DNA of 62,758 bases, the filler included, from Stramenopiles sp. TOSAG23-2 (taxonomy: Eukaryota), in NCBI GenBank assembly GCA_900128395.1. It is 15 parts of 15 records of this genome, joined end to end, with 100 filler letters (N's around TTAATTAATTAA, not from the genome) between each part and the next. Parts side by side here need not be neighbours in the genome. Positions count along the whole stretch, not along the records: positions 55,639 to 60,150 come from LT650876.1; positions 60,251 to 61,454 come from LT653476.1; positions 61,555 to 62,758 come from LT653477.1; 12 more parts are not named here. One strand, written 5' to 3'. The first letter of the stretch is position 1. The number at the start of each line of letters is the position of its first letter. Below, piece after piece: positions 56,100 to 62,758 of this stretch. The notes beneath the pieces are model-generated. The model made no database searches, was not told the DNA's origin, and was given only the letters and a program-made list of their open reading frames with translations. Both the position numbers and the translations under genes were made by a program.

Positions 56100-57803
56100 A
56101 TGGCAAATGTTCTTGTGAATAATCATCCATCTCATACTACTACTACTACTACTAATAATAATAATAGTAACAATAATAATTTTCCAATATTGAATGTATT
56201 AAATGTTGAAATTGGTGCACGCGTTATTAAAAATAAACAAGGGTGGCAGGAAAACTGGGGTAGAAAGTCAAATCATCCACCAGACGAAGGTGAAGGAACT
56301 GTTGTCGGTTGGACCGACTCTTTCTCTACCATATTTGGTGATCCTGAAGTTGGAGAGTTTTCCGAAATTGTAAGAGTCAAGTTTGATAATGAAAAACATT
56401 GTTATAATTATCGTATAGGATTTGCAAATGAGTTTTGGTTACAATTAGTATCTGGAGGTACTATACGAAAGAAAAAATGTTTTGGTGATGATTTGCATAA
56501 TGAAGCATGTACTGGATGTTTTTATAAATCTTTAAAGATAGAAGATATGAATGGACAAGAGGTAAATTTTATTGCCACGCCAGCATCAGAGAAAGAAATG
56601 TCATTTGAACCAAAATTACAAGTATTTTGGAGATTACATGCAGGTGATGTTGAAAGTGTACAAAAGTTATTAAGTGAAAATTCTTCAGAAATCAATATTG
56701 ATGAAGGAATTTTACCATACTTGTTTCAATCAAAGGATAGTAAAACACTTCGTTGGCCATATTTCGAATTTGATGGAGTATATGGAGATACTCTATTATC
56801 ATTAGCCACAAGATATTGCCATGTAGAAATGATATCTATGTTACTTTCAAATGGTGCTAGTAAACAAGTAAAAAATAAAGATGGCGAAACAGTAGTTGAT
56901 ATTGCTACTAAAATTATAGCAGATTCATCTTGTATTTGTGTAAAACTATTTAGTTCTGAACATTTCACTCCGATCTTCTGTAAATTATTTCAATTAGAAA
57001 GGGGGGGGAATGGGAAAAAATCAATACAAAATGCAATACGTGATAATAAAAACCAATTGCTTTGCCATCCAGCTTTTGATGTATCTACATGTTATGTTGA
57101 TAATAAAAGTGTAAATAGAAAAATTTCTTGGATTTTAATTAATGGTCATTCTGATAAAGAACAAATAGAGTATTGCCAATCCATGATGGATGCATGGGAG
57201 TCTGTTTTGATAAAACGGGGGGATCATATAGCAGAAATTCTTACCTGTCCAACAAAAGCCAACTTAAGCTTATCTTTGACACAACATTTTAAAACATACG
57301 CTAATACGCCAACGGGAATTTTTGTTATAGCACATGGTGGCTCTAAAGAGGGAGAATGGGTTTCATTTAATCCAGACAACGAAAATGAATCTTTTTCATG
57401 GAAAGATATTGTATCAGCAGGTGCATTAGAATATCCATCACAACTTGTTCTTGTAGCTGATACTTGTTATTCTGCTCGTTTAGGGAAAATAGCTTTTGAA
57501 GATTTATTGGAAAAACAGATGGAAAATAAAATGGTAAATTTGCCTTCGTTTTGTATGTTAAGTGCAAGTGATTTACCTGAAAAAAATTTCAGCATTTCAT
57601 TTGCTTTGAATCAATTTCAAAAACATCGCATGCTTAGCAAAGAAACATGTGATAGATTTATATCTAACAATTGTTTCATTGCTATTGCAGAAAATATTGT
57701 GTGCATCGAGACAAATGATTTTAATCCATATTTATATTTATTTGTTCCATTGTCTGTATTGCTTCAGATGTCAGAAAATGCGCAACCAATTTTTACATTG
57801 TGA
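56100..57803 (+). CDS. Mib-Herc2 + ankyrin + caspase-fold (clan CD, His-Cys dyad) protein
   Basis: IGARVIKN..GW..NWG...EGTVVGW...VRVKFDN...NYRIG (Mib-Herc2); GDTLLSLATRYCHVEMISMLLSNGA...NKDGETVVDIA (ANK); FVIAHGG (His412) and LVLVADTCYSA (Cys456). Confidence 0.75.
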   Translation: MANVLVNNHPSHTTTTTTNNNNSNNNNFPILNVLNVEIGARVIKNKQGWQENWGRKSNHPPDEGEGTVVGWTDSFSTIFGDPEVGEFSEIVRVKFDNEKHCYNYRIGFANEFWLQLVSGGTIRKKKCFGDDLHNEACTGCFYKSLKIEDMNGQEVNFIATPASEKEMSFEPKLQVFWRLHAGDVESVQKLLSENSSEINIDEGILPYLFQSKDSKTLRWPYFEFDGVYGDTLLSLATRYCHVEMISMLLSNGASKQVKNKDGETVVDIATKIIADSSCICVKLFSSEHFTPIFCKLFQLERGGNGKKSIQNAIRDNKNQLLCHPAFDVSTCYVDNKSVNRKISWILINGHSDKEQIEYCQSMMDAWESVLIKRGDHIAEILTCPTKANLSLSLTQHFKTYANTPTGIFVIAHGGSKEGEWVSFNPDNENESFSWKDIVSAGALEYPSQLVLVADTCYSARLGKIAFEDLLEKQMENKMVNLPSFCMLSASDLPEKNFSISFALNQFQKHRMLSKETCDRFISNNCFIAIAENIVCIETNDFNPYLYLFVPLSVLLQMSENAQPIFTL

Positions 57804-58002
57804 AAATGTGGTCGCGGCTAAATTTCTTATAAATTAAAATATTAAAGATATATATACGAAGTATTAAATACGAAGAGCGTATAAAATACGCACTCACTTT
57901 TGTTGACACACAATTATTTACACTCTGTATCTTTTTTTGTACATATTTCTTCTTCTTATGTCGATGATGATAAATACATAATTTTGATAAAGCTTTTCTC
58001 TC

Positions 58003-58665
58003 TCACCAATGTCGATGATGTGACCAAGATATAGAATCATTATTGTTATTATTATCAACATCTTTGTCTCCTTCCTCTTGATTTTTTCTGCGTGTTGCAT
58101 TAATATACCTACCGTGGTATGCTACTAAAGCATTTAAAGGCACATGTTCTGTTTCAACTGGTATGACATAAGAGGACGCCTGCCCATCATTATTATCATT
58201 CTTTGAAGAACCTATTACATATTGTGATGATGTAACCTTATTATTTCTTTCAGCAGCAGCTTCATCCTCATCATATACTATGCCACGATATTTTTCTAAA
58301 AGATCTTTAAACGACTTTGTTGCATTGTATTTTGTATCACCATTCTCAATGTTGTTATCATGATTTAATAATGATATCGTAATATTATTTGGTAATACTC
58401 CGTCCCAATGCTCATTTTTACTACCATTTTCCTTCCATGGCAATATATGAAACACTAAGCCTTCATATTCGCCAAAATTAATATACCGAACAGTCAGGCC
58501 TAAATGTTTGAATTCAGTGGAATTATTGATTTCATCAAGCACTTTACATAATGTATGTATTTTGTCTACTAAAACATTTAAATATGAAGCTTTTGCACCT
58601 ACTTTTATTTCAGCATCAAATGATTGCAGATGCTTTTCGATTACATCTTGAATATTTTTAAACAA
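58003..58665 (-). CDS. Hypothetical protein (true start unclear)
   Basis: 220-aa ORF with protein-like composition. The frame is open about 25 codons upstream of the TTG but has no in-frame ATG, so an upstream exon or an indel is needed. Confidence 0.5.
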   Translation of the reverse strand: MFKNIQDVIEKHLQSFDAEIKVGAKASYLNVLVDKIHTLCKVLDEINNSTEFKHLGLTVRYINFGEYEGLVFHILPWKENGSKNEHWDGVLPNNITISLLNHDNNIENGDTKYNATKSFKDLLEKYRGIVYDEDEAAAERNNKVTSSQYVIGSSKNDNNDGQASSYVIPVETEHVPLNALVAYHGRYINATRRKNQEEGDKDVDNNNNNDSISWSHHRHW

Positions 58666-59616
58666 TTCAAAATGTTGTCTTACTAAAACAGGAACTTGAC
58701 TTTTAGTTTTGACATATCTATGTACTTTATCCTTTCTTTAAAGCTGGCATATATATATATAGATATAGATATTGTAATTAATACTATGTGATCGATATAT
58801 ATTATCTTTATCTTTCATGCCCTGGTATTAAAGACGGTATGTACAATATATGCATACACACGATGTAAGGCATTACATTTATATTTTTTCCATATTAAAT
58901 ATATATATTTTGCCCAAATATGGCTAAAAAATATGACATATACCGTATACCCGTATACTCGGTGTTATCCGTTCTCACCCTATCAAATGACCATAATTTA
59001 TACTTGAATATCGAAATTAGAATATAACTCAACCAAATCTGTGATCTGTGATACGGATTTGGGTCGAAAATCCTCTCGCCTCTTCTCTCGCTACCATTGG
59101 GACCACACATTTTTCTGTTTTGTTATTTTGTCATAATACATGTAGCTTTACAAGTTTTCGGATACATGACTATTATTTTGTATACACATGTATAAAGGAT
59201 CAGCTCTCGTCATCATCTATTCTCACTTCATTTTACCAGGAGTACCAGGAGTACCAGGTACTATTATATTTCCCGTTGATTTATTATATTAAAATATTGG
59301 ATAGGTGCATAGCTATAGCTACTATTTCAACTATACATCATTGACTTTTCTCATAAAAAGTTGTTTTGGGTTGTTGTATTCAAATAGCATGGACATATCA
59401 TTGTTTATATCTTTTTTTCTTCTCTAATTCCGAGCTTATTTTACATGTAACACGTAACACAAAACCACACACACATAGATACCATACACATACATGTGTA
59501 ACAATCCTTTTAAAAAAAAAAAACAATTTGTATTACATTTGAAACAATCTGTATAATATATATTCATTAAATTAACAACAAAAATAACAGACAAGTTGAA
59601 CATACCAAACAAAAAC

Positions 59617-60150
59617 ATGACTACTACAAACCAAGTAAAAACTGATTTTACAATACCAACTCAAAATGCATTGAATGCGTCACCAGCGGGAAATGAATGG
59701 AAACTGGATATGGAAGAATCGATCCTATTTGGTGGTGAACCATATATGTTTAATCCACCAAATTGCAAAGAACATTGTTTTATGCATATTTGCTGCTGGA
59801 AACAATGGGGGAAATATGAAGCAAAAGGCGGGAAACAGCTCGTATATTACAACAACTGCACAGTTGGGCCACCATGTTGTATTGGATCTTGGCATGTTAA
59901 ATTGAGAAATAATGGTGACACAAATGTTCTCGGTTATACCACAGGCATGACGCCTGGGCAAGGTTGCATGGCAGCATGTTGCCCATGCGGAGATAAAATT
60001 ATTCAAAATTTCTTTGATGGAAAAGGCAATCGCCTTTACACTTTACGAAAAAAAGTAACATGTGCAAATTGTTTATGTGTAAAATGTACAGGTTGTGGTG
60101 TATGTTGTGCTAGTTGTTCGGATGCATTGGCATGGTGCTCTAATGGAAGA
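59617..60150 (+). CDS. Cys-rich phospholipid-scramblase/tubby-C-like protein, 3'-partial
   Basis: ATG at 59617. CCPC and CxxC clusters plus NFFDGKGNRLYTLRK resemble the scramblase/LURP beta-barrel pattern; cut by contig end. Confidence 0.45.
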
Positions 60151-60250
60151 NNNNNNNNNNNNNNNNNNNNNNNNNNNNNNNNNNNNNNNNNNNNTTAATT
60201 AATTAANNNNNNNNNNNNNNNNNNNNNNNNNNNNNNNNNNNNNNNNNNNN

Positions 60251-60302
60251 CAACTGCTAATGCATTTGCTAATTGTTCCCTTGATACGTTATTATTGGAC
60301 AT
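60251..60302 (-). CDS. 5' end of a gene (MSNNNVSREQLANALAV...) cut by the contig edge
   Basis: ATG after an AT-rich leader, open to the contig edge. Confidence 0.35.
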
Positions 60303-60835
60303 TATTAATTATACTTTAATAATTGATTTATAAATAATTCTAATCTCTTTCAATATTATGTTTAACCTTTCGTTATATTTATTATTAGTAAAACTAAAAC
60401 TTATAACTACAAATATATATATTATAAATGATTTGTTTTTATCTCTTTATCTTCTTTGTATTTGTATCTCACACTTCCTGTTTTCTACTCTCTTGGCCAC
60501 CTTTCCTACCCTCTCCTTCTTCGACTAAAAAAACAAAAAGTTGGTGATTTCTTCAATAATGTAAAAATGACATCAAAATTCCAAGTATAAATGATTATGA
60601 TGATTTATATGCTGTGTATATGTTATACGTTAGTCTATGAAATAACATACCTATCAAGTTTTAACATTTTTGTATCACGTTTGACGTTTGTAAAAGATAT
60701 ATATAAGTTAGTGGTGTTTCTAATAAATTATTGGAGATATTAATTGTCCTCAATTGGTATTGTAAGAAGTACAATAATGGGGATTGATAGGCGGGAACGG
60801 TCATATTGAGGGCAACAAAACGTTTTTTTGATGAA

Positions 60836-60972
60836 TAATTATTATGGACACAGCATTAACATCGTTTTTATTACATGGACACAGCATACAGCAGCTGAAT
60901 ACTTAATATAGACATAGCAGTAATTATTATGGACACAGCATTAATATCGTTTTTATTACATGGACACAGCAT
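60836..60972. repeat. Nested direct repeat: two 52-bp units (period 85) holding four ATGGACACAGCAT motifs
   Basis: TAATTATTATGGACACAGCATTAAYATCGTTTTTATTACATGGACACAGCAT at 60836-60887 and 60921-60972. Confidence 0.88.
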
Positions 60973-61554
60973 TACACCGGCAACGCAATATGGCAATATG
61001 GGGTGTGATCTATGCACGTTTATTTCAGTCCTTTGTGGTGGTATGGTAAAAAAAAAAATAAAAATTGCATAGGTTCCACTGAACTGCGTGTGCAACCTAC
61101 GAGTAAAGTTTTTTTGTTCGCACACAGTTTGTTATTTGTTACGTTCGTATGTGTTAACGTGTTACGAGTAGGACTTACTTTAACGGTGTAGAACTGTAGA
61201 ACGTGTTCGTGTTACGAAGTATTTAAATTATAATTTTTTTTTTAAATTTTTTTATAAAAATGGAAAAGTAATATTTTTATTATCATACCTTTGATTATAA
61301 ATTTTAAACACACAATTCATTTTTATAATACGAATTCGTAATAATTTTACTTCCCCGTGTTGGTAAATATGCACATACTATGCTCAATTACACTCTAAAT
61401 CTCAATATCTCAGGAATATAATAATTCAATTTCCTGTACAAATCTGTATAGTAANNNNNNNNNNNNNNNNNNNNNNNNNNNNNNNNNNNNNNNNNNNNTT
61501 AATTAATTAANNNNNNNNNNNNNNNNNNNNNNNNNNNNNNNNNNNNNNNNNNNN

Positions 61555-62758
61555 ACAAAAGGTGTAAGTGGTGCATTAGTATTTAGTACTGGTATTACAA
61601 CATGTGGTGCATCTGGATCAATATCAATTGGTACAGGTACAGCTGCTATTGGTGAAGGTGGTGATGTATTCGTCTCAGTAGGTGATTCAAATCATCAACC
61701 TGGTGGTATGATGTCATTAAAAGCTGGTACAACTAGTGCAGGGGCAAATGGAGGGGAAATATTGATTGAAAGTGGGAAAACCACTGGTGCTAGTGGTACT
61801 GGTGGTGTCATGAATTTAAACGCCGGTCAATCTGAAAATGTTGTTGGGGGGTATTTCTCTGTATCCGCTGGTCAAGGAGGTACTATTGGTGGAAAAATAA
61901 AACTTGTTGCTGGTACTGGTGATGATAATACTGGTGGTATGATTTCACTTTTAAGTGGTGTAGGAACTGCTACAACATCTGGTCAAATTCAAATACGATC
62001 TCCAGATGCAGGTACAAAAGGTGTAAGTGGTGCATTAGTATTTAGCTCTGGTATTACAACATGTGGTGGATCTGGATCAATATCAATTGGTACTGGTACT
62101 GCATGTATTGGTGATGGTGGTGATATTACAATCAAAGTTGGTGATGGTAATACATTAGATGGTGGACATATATCTGTATTTGCAGGTAAGACCGATGCTA
62201 AAGGAGACACAGGTGCTACTGGAGGTTCCATATCTATTCGAAGTGGATTTAGTACAGAAAGTAGTAGTGGTACAATTATTATTCGTACATTGAATGCAGG
62301 TGCAAAAGGTGTAAGTGGTGAATTGATGTTTAGTACTGGTATTACAACATGTGGTGGATCTGGATCAATATCAATTGGTACTGGTAGTGCATGTAATGGT
62401 GATGGTGGCGACATTATGATCAAAGTTGGTGATGGTAATACATTAGATGGTGGACATGTATTTTTATTTGCTGGTAAAACAGTAGCTACAGCAGATTCAA
62501 CTGGTGGATCAATTTCAATACGAAGTGGATATAGTTTACTTAGATCAAGTGGTACCATCAATATTCGTACATTGAATGCGGGTACAAACGGTGTCAGTGG
62601 TGAATTGATGTTTAGTACTGGTACTACATCTTGTGGTGGATCTGGATCAATATCAATTGGTACTGGTACTGCATCTGAAGGTGATGGTGGTGATATTACA
62701 ATCAAAGTTGGTGATGGTAATACATTAGATGGTGGACATATATCTGTATTTGCAGGTA
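61555..62758 (+). CDS. Internal fragment of a giant Gly/Ser/Thr-rich repeat (beta-solenoid-like) protein, missed by the ORF track
   Basis: The frame starting at 61555 is open for all 1204 nt (TKGVSGALVFSTGITTCGASGSISIGTG...GDGGDITIKVGDGNTLDGGHISVFAG). Repeats of about 95 aa start at 61561, 62020, 62308 and 62590. The minus-strand ORF 61989-62705 is its antisense shadow. Confidence 0.88.

Noticed and set aside
37129-57803. A single cell-death locus made of XK-LRR, the caspase-like protein and the scramblase
   Set aside because: XK-LRR and the caspase-like gene are on different contigs, adjacent only because of length sorting.
60836-60972. Possible CRISPR array
   Set aside because: The repeat is only 13 nt, the spacers are duplicated and uneven, there are no cas genes, and the context is eukaryotic.
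4550-61554. Regularly spaced TTAATTAATTAA flanked by N runs, superficially a repeat array
   Set aside because: Artificial six-frame-stop linkers joining length-sorted contigs. ORF ends reading X...LIN are artefacts, and neighbourhoods across linkers are meaningless.
61989-62705. 238-aa Pro/Ile-rich minus-strand ORF
   Set aside because: Antisense shadow of the Gly-rich plus-strand frame, which is open across the whole contig.
1-62758. Alternative genetic code or stop-codon readthrough as the explanation for split ORFs
   Set aside because: Conserved genes translate fully in the standard code and end in TAA, TAG or TGA. The splits are explained by GT-AG introns, duplications or frame changes, not in-frame stops.
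1-62758. tRNA, rRNA or transposase genes
   Set aside because: No cloverleaf, rRNA-like segment or transposase/RT motif recognised by eye; a tRNAscan-SE/Infernal run would be needed to exclude them.

Overview
This is not one contiguous locus. It is 15 unrelated AT-rich (roughly 30% GC by eye) eukaryotic contigs: thirteen of about 4.5 kb in decreasing length, then two of about 1.2 kb. They are joined by artificial 100-nt linkers (N44-TTAATTAATTAA-N44), so gene neighbourhood only means something within a contig. The standard genetic code, short GT-AG introns (65-150 nt), ciliary genes (CFAP251/WDR66, a dynein heavy chain), mitochondrial genes (succinyl-CoA ligase beta, AFG1L) and Gly-rich or Pmp-like surface repeat proteins point to a flagellated protist. 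A marine heterotrophic stramenopile (MAST-like) MAG/SAG is plausible but inferred. Other recognisable genes are TMEM181-like, UBE2K, an aldo-keto reductase, an amidase, a TPR-GT61 glycosyltransferase, a SHP/VIM/PUB p97 cofactor and a SAM methyltransferase. The most interesting items are: (1) a Mib-Herc2 + ankyrin + caspase-fold (His/Cys dyad) fusion; (2) a PCM1 C-terminal-domain-like protein; (3) a DoxX/SURF4-like membrane protein fused to two prokaryote-type COG3743 helix-hairpin-helix domains; (4) an XK-scramblase + LRR fusion; (5) a bacterial-type NlpC/P60 hydrolase; (6) a very divergent dynein with an altered AAA1 Walker B; (7) a PDZ-ankyrin-pseudophosphatase; and (8) several small dispersed non-coding elements (a MITE-like inverted repeat, an intergenic TACCWGGTA palindrome, a conserved 28-mer and a long hairpin). 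All family calls come from motif recognition by eye; no searches were run.
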